DNA of 64,000 nt from Candidatus Nanoarchaeia archaeon (GTDB lineage Archaea > Nanobdellota > Nanobdellia > Tiddalikarchaeales > Tiddalikarchaeaceae), in assembly GCA_041652755.1 (NCBI GenBank), contig JBAZGS010000006.1, positions 6,443 through 70,442 of the forward strand. Reading direction: 5' to 3'. The notes beneath the pieces are model-generated. The model had not been told where the DNA came from. It was given only the letters and a program-made list of their open reading frames with translations, and searched no databases. This document shows, one piece after another, positions 27,703-36,576 of the stretch (positions are counted from its first letter, which is position 1; the number at the start of each line of letters is the position of its first letter). Made by a program: the position numbers and the translations under genes.

Positions 27703-28847
27703 AGCTAATAATTTGTTCAGACACTCATTTAGGCAGGAAAAATTTTAAGGTAAACGAAAGGGAGAATGATTTTTTTGAATCCTTTAAGCAAGTAATTGAC
27801 TACTCAATAAATAATGAAGCTAAGGCAGTTTTGCATGCAGGAGACTTGTTTGACACTTCAAAGCCAAACATTAATGTAATAATCTTCGCAGTGGAACAAT
27901 TGAAAAGATTAAAAGCAAAAAACATACCTTTTTTTATAGTCTCAGGAAGCCACGATATTGGAACTTATGACTCATTCCTTAATGTTTTAGACACTGTTGG
28001 TTTATGCATTAATTTAACAAGCAAAAGATACTATGAATTGAAAGATGAAAGCCTTTTGCTTAAAGGCGAAAAATTTAATGAATTGTTTGTCTCTGGAATT
28101 CCCGGAAAAAACAATATAATAAATGAGCTTGAGTGCTTAAAGCCTATTATTCCGAAAGATTCTTTCAGCATCTTCATGTTCCACCACATAATCGAAGACA
28201 TTAGCCCCTTGTTTAGCTCCTTAAAAAAAAGCATGCTGCCTAAAGGGTTTGACTTATATGTTTCAGGGCACTGGCATGAAAAATTCATAACTACTTATGA
28301 CAAATCCCAACTGATTTATCCAGGAAGCACTGAGAACTGCGACTTAAACGAGATGAAAAGCGAAAAAAAAGGATTTTTTGAATACGAAACCCTTAGTAAA
28401 AAATTTGAATTCATCGAATTAAAAACGCGAAAGTCAATAATTCATGAAATTGACTGCACTGGGCTTAATCCTGAAGAAATAACTGATAAAATGGAAGGAT
28501 TGGTGAAGCCTGCTAACCAAGAAATGATTTTTTTCATGCTGAAAGGAAAGATGAAAAAAGGGCTGAAATCAGAGATTAACAGGCAACGAATAACTGAATT
28601 AGCAATAAAGAATAATTATTTGCTTTCAAAGATTTACCTCAACCAATTAGAGGATGCTTTCAGCGAGCAAATAATAATGGGTAAAAAAAGCATTAGTGAA
28701 ATAGAATCGGAATTTTTATTAAGCAAAGGATTCGGCAAAGATGAAACCCTTGCAGCAATTAAAATAATGAAAATCATAAGCTCCAATGAGAATAATTCTA
28801 TTGAATTATTGATTAATGAACTAAGAAATGAGGCGTTTTTGAAATGA
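27699..28847 (+). CDS. mre11: Mre11 DNA double-strand-break repair nuclease
   Basis: Phosphoesterase motifs ICSDTHLG, HAGDLFD, GSHD and GHWH. ATGA overlaps with herA and rad50. Confidence 0.85.
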   Translation: MKLIICSDTHLGRKNFKVNERENDFFESFKQVIDYSINNEAKAVLHAGDLFDTSKPNINVIIFAVEQLKRLKAKNIPFFIVSGSHDIGTYDSFLNVLDTVGLCINLTSKRYYELKDESLLLKGEKFNELFVSGIPGKNNIINELECLKPIIPKDSFSIFMFHHIIEDISPLFSSLKKSMLPKGFDLYVSGHWHEKFITTYDKSQLIYPGSTENCDLNEMKSEKKGFFEYETLSKKFEFIELKTRKSIIHEIDCTGLNPEEITDKMEGLVKPANQEMIFFMLKGKMKKGLKSEINRQRITELAIKNNYLLSKIYLNQLEDAFSEQIIMGKKSISEIESEFLLSKGFGKDETLAAIKIMKIISSNENNSIELLINELRNEAFLK

Positions 28848-30823
28848 AGCTTTTAAGCCTTAAGCTAATAAATGTTAGAAGCCATAAAGAAAGCTTTGTT
28901 GAGTTCAAAAATGGTATAACTGTAATCTCCGGAAAAACTGGCAGCGGAAAAAGCACAATATTAATGAGCATTTATTACGCATTGTTCGGCTCAGCAGATT
29001 TGTCAAACAATGAAATAATGAGAAGGAATTCAAAAAAAATGCTAATAGAGCTTAAATTAACCCAAAACAATGAAGAATACACTATTATTAGGGGTCTTAA
29101 AAGGGCAAACGAATCAATAAGCATTGACAGCGATAATTTAAAAGTGCTTAAAAACAATGTCCAGCTCAATGTTTTAAGCAGAGCCAATGATATTAATTCA
29201 ATAATACGGGATGTTTTAGGCTTCCCTAATGATTCAAAGCCGAACCTGATGTTTCAAGTCCTAAGCTACACAAAGCAAGACAATATCAGAAACCTCATAG
29301 AAATGAGAAAGGAAGAGAGGCAGGAATTCATTGACAAAATTTTGCAGCTGTCAAAATACAAAAGCGTTTTTGAAAACTTGAAACCCCTAATTGACAATTA
29401 CTTATCAAAGCATGAATTAATACTTCAATTAAGCGAATTTATAGTTAATGAAAAAGATTCAATAAAAAAATTACAAGAAAATATTGAAGAATTGAACGAA
29501 AAAATACTTGACAATGAAAAAAAATTATCAGTAATCAATCCTGCAATTGAAAAAAAAACTGCTGAATATAAAAGCATGAATGAATTATTAAAGACTCTCA
29601 GGCAAAAAAATGAGCAGATAATCATCAATAATCAAAGAAGCGAGCATTTGAAAAAAAGCATTGAGAAAACAATCATTGAACAAAAAGAATTAGCTGGCAA
29701 AAAAAACGCGCTTACCCCTAAAATAATGCTTCATGTTGAAAGCATTGACAGCTTGGCTGAAAAATTAAGCAACGAATCATCAAAGCTTAAAATCATTGAA
29801 TACAAAATTTTGAGCCTGAAAAAAGACAATGAAGAAATCATGAAACTTCAAGCCTATTGCCCGACTTGCAGGCAAAAAATACCTGAAGAGCATAAAGCAA
29901 TACTAGGCAAGAAGAATAATGATGAAATCTTTGGGCTTGAAAATTCAAAAAAACCAATAATTGAATCAATAAATAAAACAAATGAATCAATTAAGAGTGC
30001 TAAAAAAAATGATGAGCTAAAAAAAGAAATAAGCACTATTGATTCAGCAATTAGTTTGCTAGAAAATCAAATAATTGCCCAAAAAAAAGAACTAAGCGAT
30101 TATAAAGAAGAGAATAATGCCTCATTAACAATTGAAATACAAAAATTAGAAAATGAATGCAGCACAATCATCTCAAAACTGAATGAATTGTCAAGCAAAA
30201 AAGCCGGAATAGCAAGCTCCAACAGTGAGCTAATGAACCAAATGCCAAGATTAAACAATGAATTAAAGCAGAAAAAAGAAAAAGTGGACGAATATGAACA
30301 AAAATCAGCAGAAAAAAATCACGTGAAACTCTGCCTTGATTTTTTGAACAAATTAAGGAATAACATAAAAGATATCAGGCAAATAATAAGAAGCAGTTTC
30401 CTTAATGATTTCAAGAACAGTTTCGCAAAAAAATTCGAAGAAATAAGGAACAATGATGACGAATACTATGTTGAAATAAACCAGGATTATGAGCCTGTTG
30501 CTTACTCTGCTGAAGGAACAGAGGTTCCCATTAACCATTTAAGCGGAGGAGAGAAAACAAGCGCTGCATTAGCTTACAGGCTGGCTTTAAGCGATTTAGC
30601 AGGCGAAATGAATAACTTGATGCCTTCTGAACTTTTAATACTTGATGAGCCAACAACAGGATTTGACAATGACGATGTCAAATCACTTCCAATTGCACTA
30701 TCCAGCCTCTCAAGCATTCCTCAAATAATAATAGTGACTCATGAAGCTTTGCTAAAAGAAATTGCTGACAATTCAATAGATGTAGTCAAAGAGAATGGGT
30801 TTTCAAAAATAACCTATTCATAA
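28844..30823 (+). CDS. rad50: Rad50 SMC-like ATPase
   Basis: Walker A VISGKTGSGKST, a long coiled coil with zinc-hook CPTC, signature LSGGEKTSAALAYRLAL, and Walker B/D-loop LLILDEPT. Confidence 0.85.
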   Translation: MKLLSLKLINVRSHKESFVEFKNGITVISGKTGSGKSTILMSIYYALFGSADLSNNEIMRRNSKKMLIELKLTQNNEEYTIIRGLKRANESISIDSDNLKVLKNNVQLNVLSRANDINSIIRDVLGFPNDSKPNLMFQVLSYTKQDNIRNLIEMRKEERQEFIDKILQLSKYKSVFENLKPLIDNYLSKHELILQLSEFIVNEKDSIKKLQENIEELNEKILDNEKKLSVINPAIEKKTAEYKSMNELLKTLRQKNEQIIINNQRSEHLKKSIEKTIIEQKELAGKKNALTPKIMLHVESIDSLAEKLSNESSKLKIIEYKILSLKKDNEEIMKLQAYCPTCRQKIPEEHKAILGKKNNDEIFGLENSKKPIIESINKTNESIKSAKKNDELKKEISTIDSAISLLENQIIAQKKELSDYKEENNASLTIEIQKLENECSTIISKLNELSSKKAGIASSNSELMNQMPRLNNELKQKKEKVDEYEQKSAEKNHVKLCLDFLNKLRNNIKDIRQIIRSSFLNDFKNSFAKKFEEIRNNDDEYYVEINQDYEPVAYSAEGTEVPINHLSGGEKTSAALAYRLALSDLAGEMNNLMPSELLILDEPTTGFDNDDVKSLPIALSSLSSIPQIIIVTHEALLKEIADNSIDVVKENGFSKITYS

Positions 30824-31332
30824 AAGCTTTTGCCGCAAGAATTAGGCTTAATCCTTTTCTTAGAACCTTTAATTTCATGGCTTAATTCTTTGCCCCCAGC
30901 CAATCTGTCAAGAACTATTGCCAAAGCTGCAACTTCACTATGAGGCTGAGAGGTAACGCTAATATTGTAGTCTGCCATTTCGTATACATCCCTAGGGACT
31001 TTCTCTCCACCAACAACAATCAATAAATCCTTCTCTAATTTCACTTTATTTATTTGCTCGCTAAGCAACAACCCGTACATTGTAAGATGAACAATCTTAA
31101 AACCCTTTGATTTAAAATCATTAATCACTTTCCTATAATCCTTAAAATACTCTGCCTTAAACTCTCCTCCCCAAGATTTAGTGACATTGTTGACTGAATT
31201 AATCAACACTTCATCATGCTCTCCTGAATAAACTATCTTATCAGCCAAAAAAGCCCTAGAAACCAAACCAATATGCGTTGAAATCCTCTTATCCCTCTCC
31301 CTTCTATGGTTAAGCCTTAAAACAACAATCAT
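30814..31332 (-). CDS. tRNA (cytidine56-2'-O)-methyltransferase aTrm56 (SPOUT)
   Basis: MIVVLRLNHRRERDKRISTHIGLVSRAFLADKIV matches the aTrm56 N-terminus ([23 protein letters not shown]). Length 172 aa. Confidence 0.75.
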   Translation of the reverse strand: MIVVLRLNHRRERDKRISTHIGLVSRAFLADKIVYSGEHDEVLINSVNNVTKSWGGEFKAEYFKDYRKVINDFKSKGFKIVHLTMYGLLLSEQINKVKLEKDLLIVVGGEKVPRDVYEMADYNISVTSQPHSEVAALAIVLDRLAGGKELSHEIKGSKKRIKPNSCGKSFYE

Positions 31333-32003
31333 TGCTCAAACATCTCTTTAATATCCGAAAAAGGAACATAACCTGAAAAAGTCTTTCCATTAATAACCAA
31401 TGAAGGATACTCAGTGATATTATAAGAATATTTTAAAATATTAACTGAATCAAGATCTAGCGTTGAATCTATTGAATAAATAAGAGCGTTTAATCCGTAC
31501 AAATCTTTTATTGTTGAAAGAACAACTGCTTGTTCATTGCATTTCGGGCAATCCTCCTTGTAAGTATAAAAATAAAGAATTGTTGAATAGCTAAGATTGC
31601 ACAAATCCTTGGCATTGTTTACATTAATCCAATTATTAATCAATGAATTAACATAGCTTCGTTTTAGCGCATAATAATCCTCATTCAAAACCCCATTATT
31701 GTTCTCGTAGGTTCCAACTTTTAAGCCTAATTCATAGGCTTTTTCATTAATAGAACTAACCCTTAAATTCATGTAATCACAGCTTATCTTGTCATTCAAA
31801 TAATTCATCAATGCAATCTCAACCTGGTTCTTTTCAACAGAATCCTTAATTGAATTCAAATCAGCGCTTAAATCTTTCTGCTTGAAGTCATTTATTAAAA
31901 AGCCTATGCTGAATCCTGATAAAAATACAACGCTTGCTAAAAAAAACGAAATTATCACATAAAATCTGAAGCTATTTTTTGGTTTAACCATTCCATTTAT
32001 CAC
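31329..32003 (-). CDS. Membrane-anchored thioredoxin-fold thiol:disulfide oxidoreductase (DsbA/TlpA-like)
   Basis: N-terminal TM helix. CPKC active-site CxxC at the thioredoxin position, and a cis-Pro-type YPSLVINGK. Confidence 0.5.
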   Translation of the reverse strand: MINGMVKPKNSFRFYVIISFFLASVVFLSGFSIGFLINDFKQKDLSADLNSIKDSVEKNQVEIALMNYLNDKISCDYMNLRVSSINEKAYELGLKVGTYENNNGVLNEDYYALKRSYVNSLINNWINVNNAKDLCNLSYSTILYFYTYKEDCPKCNEQAVVLSTIKDLYGLNALIYSIDSTLDLDSVNILKYSYNITEYPSLVINGKTFSGYVPFSDIKEMFEQ

Positions 32004-33228
32004 CCTTCTTTCTTATAAAAAATTTGTGAAAAAAACCACTTATCCAAAATATTGAAAGGAAAAAAGAATACACAAGCAAATAGCAAGAATAAAGCAAGAA
32101 ATTTTTTTTAATCTCAATTTTTTCATCGCATGATTTAAGGCTTATGTAAACAAGCAATGATGAAAATACTGTAATTAAAATAAAAATTATTAAGTCAAAA
32201 TTTATTCCATAAAGAAAATAAAAAAATTTTACGTCAGGAAAAATGAATGTGAAATCAATTGCCCTCAAAAAATTAAGGCTCTTTAAAGAATTCAAAACAA
32301 ACTTTAAAATTGAATAAAAAAACAAGACAAGAACTGATAAAATTGAAAAAACATTGAATGACAAAAGTGCACTTAAAACTCCTTTCTTGACATTAAACAA
32401 CAAATGCTTATATTTTATTGAATCCTCAAAATAGCCGCTGTACCATCTTTTTCTCTGGTTCAATAATTCATTCAAAACAAAAGGTGTTGAAGTATAAACA
32501 ACACTGTTTAAGCTATTTTCAATAATGTATCCATGGCTTTGGATATTGAAAGCAATTTCCATATCTTCAGTTAACGTTTCCTCATTAAAGCCTCCGATTT
32601 CTTCAATAACACTTTTTCTATAAATGCTTCCAGGCCCAGGAGTTACATACATTGAATTAAACATGCTTTGAACCTTTCTGAAAAGAATTGACAAAGAATA
32701 TTCCACCCATTGCATTTTTTCAAAAAAACTTAGTTTTTTTTTAACTTTCATGCTGCTTGAAACAGCAGCAATTTTAGGATCATCAAAGTATCCAATTAAG
32801 CTATTGAAGCTGTTTTTTTCAGCATAAGAATCAGCATCAATAATATAAATTAATTCATTTTTAGCTTTGCTTATTCCCAAATTAACAGCATTTGCTTTTC
32901 CGCCGTTTGTCTTATTGATTAACTTAATTATCCCTTTTTTTTCCAATTTTTGGCAAATTTTTTTAGTATTATCCTTACTACCATCATTTACAACAATTAT
33001 TTCAAACAATTCTTTTGGATAATCCTGCAAGTAAACGCTCATTACTGTTTTCTCAATAGACTCCTCCTCATTAAATGCAGGTATGATTGCTGAAATTGAA
33101 TACTTCTTCTTTGCTTTAGGGTCAATCCATAGCCTATCATAGTTATCAACGAATATTACAACGCAAATAATGCTAAAAAAAAGCATTGAAAATGAGAATA
33201 TCATTATAAAAACAAGCATTAATTCCAT
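31984..33228 (-). CDS. Family 2 glycosyltransferase, membrane-integrated (processive-synthase-like topology)
   Basis: IIPAFNEEESI, VVNDGSKDNT, IIDADS (DxD), and a QRKRW-type motif QRKRWYSG, followed by C-terminal TM helices. Confidence 0.8.
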   Translation of the reverse strand: MELMLVFIMIFSFSMLFFSIICVVIFVDNYDRLWIDPKAKKKYSISAIIPAFNEEESIEKTVMSVYLQDYPKELFEIIVVNDGSKDNTKKICQKLEKKGIIKLINKTNGGKANAVNLGISKAKNELIYIIDADSYAEKNSFNSLIGYFDDPKIAAVSSSMKVKKKLSFFEKMQWVEYSLSILFRKVQSMFNSMYVTPGPGSIYRKSVIEEIGGFNEETLTEDMEIAFNIQSHGYIIENSLNSVVYTSTPFVLNELLNQRKRWYSGYFEDSIKYKHLLFNVKKGVLSALLSFNVFSILSVLVLFFYSILKFVLNSLKSLNFLRAIDFTFIFPDVKFFYFLYGINFDLIIFILITVFSSLLVYISLKSCDEKIEIKKNFLLYSCYLLVYSFFLSIFWISGFFHKFFIRKKGDKWNG

Positions 33229-33273
33229 TATTTAAAGTAATTAATATTAACTATAAAAAACTATTGAAACTCT

Positions 33274-34497
33274 TTAAATCCTGTAAATATTAATAATCTC
33301 GCAAGAATCATTATTAATCACTTTCACTAATTCATAGCTAGAATAGTCACTGTTAAAGCATGGATTAAAGCTTGAGACAACAATATAAGAAGCATTAGAA
33401 TCAGCCACCCTTTGGCCAATATTGCAAGGCTCAGAGATTGCAATGCTAGAAAGATTAGAATAATAAGAAACTGTTGGCCAAAAATTCGACAAAATCAAAA
33501 CATCACTTTTTTCTTCGAAAAATCTTGACAACTCAACCAAATTATCGTTAACTGAGCAAATGATTTCATAAAAAAACATTGAATAATATAGTGAAAAAGT
33601 GAAAAACACTAATATTAGTAATATAAAAACTAAATCAAACTTCATTAGTTTAGAAAAAAACATTGCAGCAAAAGGAAGCAATGGAATCAAATACCTTGGC
33701 TCCTTATGGGTCATTAATTGCAAAGTCAAAAATATAACAAGTAAAGGAACTAAAAAAAACAAGTCTTTTTTGTTATATTTATAATTTTTTACAAACAATA
33801 AAAATAAAATACTTATACCTAAAATTGTAAAAATGTTTATAAAATAATAAAAAAATCCTGAATTGTTAGAAACATAACTTAATGCCAAAAAGAATGTCTC
33901 AAATCCAATATGATTGCCCCATAAAAAAATGGGGATGAAAAAAACAATTAATCCAATTAGCATTTTTGCATAATCTTTTTTCTTTGAAAAAAATAAATAC
34001 AACAAAGAAACTATTAAAACACTAATCCCTAAAGGGTACCTTGTTAAAAATGCAAGGCTTGAAAACAAATAACTTAAATAAAAAAACAAATCATTTTTTT
34101 TATAAATGTAATTTTTTATGAAAAATATTGCAAAAATCACAAAAGATGAGCTTAAAATTTCAGTCATCAATTTTTCAGAATACATCAAAAATATTGGAAA
34201 ACAAAACATTATAATCAGCACTTTAAAGTCCTTTGAAAGCAAATAAAGGCTTAATAAAAAAAAACTTAAAATAAAAAGCGGAACAGTTGAAAATATTAAA
34301 CTGTCTATTTTAAAAGTATAAAAAATTGAAACAATTAATGGCAATATTGGAGGCCTTATGTTTTCAAAATAAATCTTTTCACCACTGAAATACTTCGCAT
34401 TCATCAAATAAACATGCTCATCCCATTCAGTATTAGGCTTGACAAAAATAAGGCTAGAAAAAACTATTAATATTAGCAATATTATTTCTTTTTTCAT
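33274..34497 (-). CDS. GT-C fold membrane glycosyltransferase (ArnT/PMT-like)
   Basis: At least 10 TM helices with an EWDEHVY (DE) motif in the first extracytoplasmic loop. Start set at MKKEIILL (34497), overlapping the truD stop; the track ORF starts at 34548. Confidence 0.5.
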   Translation of the reverse strand: MKKEIILLILIVFSSLIFVKPNTEWDEHVYLMNAKYFSGEKIYFENIRPPILPLIVSIFYTFKIDSLIFSTVPLFILSFFLLSLYLLSKDFKVLIIMFCFPIFLMYSEKLMTEILSSSFVIFAIFFIKNYIYKKNDLFFYLSYLFSSLAFLTRYPLGISVLIVSLLYLFFSKKKDYAKMLIGLIVFFIPIFLWGNHIGFETFFLALSYVSNNSGFFYYFINIFTILGISILFLLFVKNYKYNKKDLFFLVPLLVIFLTLQLMTHKEPRYLIPLLPFAAMFFSKLMKFDLVFILLILVFFTFSLYYSMFFYEIICSVNDNLVELSRFFEEKSDVLILSNFWPTVSYYSNLSSIAISEPCNIGQRVADSNASYIVVSSFNPCFNSDYSSYELVKVINNDSCEIINIYRI

Positions 34498-35636
34498 CCA
34501 ACCAGCTCCCTTAAAACCATTGTTGCATAAGAGCTTTTCTCCAAGCAAAAACTCACTGTGTAATAATCTTTTTTCACATCAATTATTTTAAAGTTCTTAG
34601 GAAAAATCAATGTCTTTCTCATAGCTCCTCTTGAGCTTATCTCAGGATAGCTCCTAACCTTAAAATCTGACAAAGTAATATTCTCTTTTTCTAAAATTTT
34701 TTCATAAACAGCTGCACCCATGCTTTTCAAATCAGATTCGTGCCCTGGCAAAACCAGCTCAAAATCAGAGATTAAGCCTTTTTTGTACAGTTCAGACAAA
34801 GCAAGATTAAACAGATATGATTGATAGGAATAAACCAAAATTTTTGCAATATTTTTAGGCAGCCTCCTGATAGAATTCACGTAATCATTGGAGTATTTCA
34901 CCAAATGATTCAACACCATTCTTTCAATTGTTAAATATTTCGGGAAAATTTCTAGCGCCCCTTTCCAATCCTTCCAATTATCCCACAGATACTGCCTGGC
35001 TTTCTTGCTCTCCTCACCTTCCTGCTCATAAGCTTTTGCAAGCAACTCCTTCAAAGCTTCCTCATAATTCTCCCTTAAAATACTCTTTCCAATAAAATGA
35101 TTGTTAGGCCTTTGTATTCCGAACCTTTGCTCTCCGAAAAAATTCAAAATACCTCCATCTAATAATTCTTTGAATTCTTTCAAGGATTTCTTCACGTTTT
35201 TGCACTCATAATTCCTGACAGTAACTATGAATTCATTGCCAACTAAATCCCCTAACCTTAAAGGCTCATCGCTTGTGAAAAAATCCTTTAACTCAATGTC
35301 TTTAATCTTAATATTTTTCAATACTTCTTCGCTGACTCCTTTAACACTGACTAATTGCTCAGTAATGGCGCTTCTGTCTTTTGTTCCTGCAAAAGTGAAT
35401 CTTTTCCAGCTAGTATGGCAATATTTAGCAATCTTATTAATAGCATCCATTGTTGTCCAATTGCTTTTTTTTAAAATAAAATAAGTGTAAGCTCCTGGCT
35501 TTTTTTCAGGCTTTTTCATAACTTCTTTAACCATGAAGTCTTCAAATTTTTCCTTAATGTAACCTTTTGTAGGATTATTGAATTGCTTAGCATTTATGCC
35601 AAAATCCTCAAAATTAACCTTGAAATCCTTATACAT
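34494..35636 (-). CDS. truD: tRNA pseudouridine synthase TruD/Pus7 family
   Basis: Catalytic motif FTFAGTKDRSAITEQ (GxKD...T.Q). Length 380 aa. Confidence 0.75.
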   Translation of the reverse strand: MYKDFKVNFEDFGINAKQFNNPTKGYIKEKFEDFMVKEVMKKPEKKPGAYTYFILKKSNWTTMDAINKIAKYCHTSWKRFTFAGTKDRSAITEQLVSVKGVSEEVLKNIKIKDIELKDFFTSDEPLRLGDLVGNEFIVTVRNYECKNVKKSLKEFKELLDGGILNFFGEQRFGIQRPNNHFIGKSILRENYEEALKELLAKAYEQEGEESKKARQYLWDNWKDWKGALEIFPKYLTIERMVLNHLVKYSNDYVNSIRRLPKNIAKILVYSYQSYLFNLALSELYKKGLISDFELVLPGHESDLKSMGAAVYEKILEKENITLSDFKVRSYPEISSRGAMRKTLIFPKNFKIIDVKKDYYTVSFCLEKSSYATMVLRELVG

Positions 35637-35638
35637 GA

Positions 35639-36019
35639 TTATTTAATCGCGCTGAAAAGCGGCCTGAAATCATCAGTGATTAAAGTGCCATTCAAGTCAT
35701 ATAACATGCAAGAGCAAATGCAAATAGATGCTAACTTATCCATAGTGTAATGATTCTCATAAAAGCATTTGCAATCAGTTGCATTATACTCAGTCATTTG
35801 CAAAACCACTTCATCATTAATATAATCCTGCCAAGTAGTATTGCAGTAAATATTCCTCTCATTAACAGTTTCTGCCCATTTCTTCAGCCTATAATTATCT
35901 ATCAACAAATAAAACCCATAAGAAGCCAGCAAAACAAGAAATAAAACAATAACTACCTTAACCAAAGTCCTTAAAGCTTTCTTGCTTACCCTGATAGTAT
36001 TCTTTTTCTTCTTAACCAT
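35639..36019 (-). CDS. Small N-terminally anchored Cys-rich extracytoplasmic protein
   Basis: TM helix VKVVIVLFLVLLASYGFYLLI followed by 7 Cys (CNTT...CKC...CICSC). Confidence 0.3.
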   Translation of the reverse strand: MVKKKKNTIRVSKKALRTLVKVVIVLFLVLLASYGFYLLIDNYRLKKWAETVNERNIYCNTTWQDYINDEVVLQMTEYNATDCKCFYENHYTMDKLASICICSCMLYDLNGTLITDDFRPLFSAIK

Positions 36020-36081
36020 AACAAATAAAATAAATGTTAAGGGTTTTTTAAAGGTTTATTATAAATAGCAAGACTATTTTT

Positions 36082-36576
36082 TTAATTAAATTGCCCTGAA
36101 AACTCAGCTGATTCCACCAATTTCCTTGCCTTTTTAAAATAAGGTTCATATTCTTTATTAGGAGCTAAATTAAGCCATTTAGAGATTAAAAATAACCTAA
36201 TTAATGAATGCCAATCTTCTTTAAGTTTATTTTTTTTGAAATATTTTTCATTTAATTTAATAGAGATGTTTTTATCAATATCTAAAAAAGTTAAAGATTC
36301 CAGTTTTTGTAGTAATTCTTCAAAAGTTTTTGCTTCTTTTACTTTTGCATAGATTTTATAGAGAGTATTTATTATTGAAAAGAATTCATGATACCTGTAT
36401 CTTTGTGTTGAGCCTTCTTTTTTTGTATAATATTTATAGCTGAATTTTGGCATGCCTTTATTTTTATCTTCATTTAAATAATATTCAGAGGTTTTTTTGA
36501 AAAGCTCTAAATTATTTTCCAGATAAATTATTTTATACCATTCTAGATACATTTCTTTTGTTGGAAATCTGTGCAT
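36082..36576 (-). CDS. Hypothetical protein
   Basis: Open frame only. Confidence 0.25.
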   Translation of the reverse strand: MHRFPTKEMYLEWYKIIYLENNLELFKKTSEYYLNEDKNKGMPKFSYKYYTKKEGSTQRYRYHEFFSIINTLYKIYAKVKEAKTFEELLQKLESLTFLDIDKNISIKLNEKYFKKNKLKEDWHSLIRLFLISKWLNLAPNKEYEPYFKKARKLVESAEFSGQFN

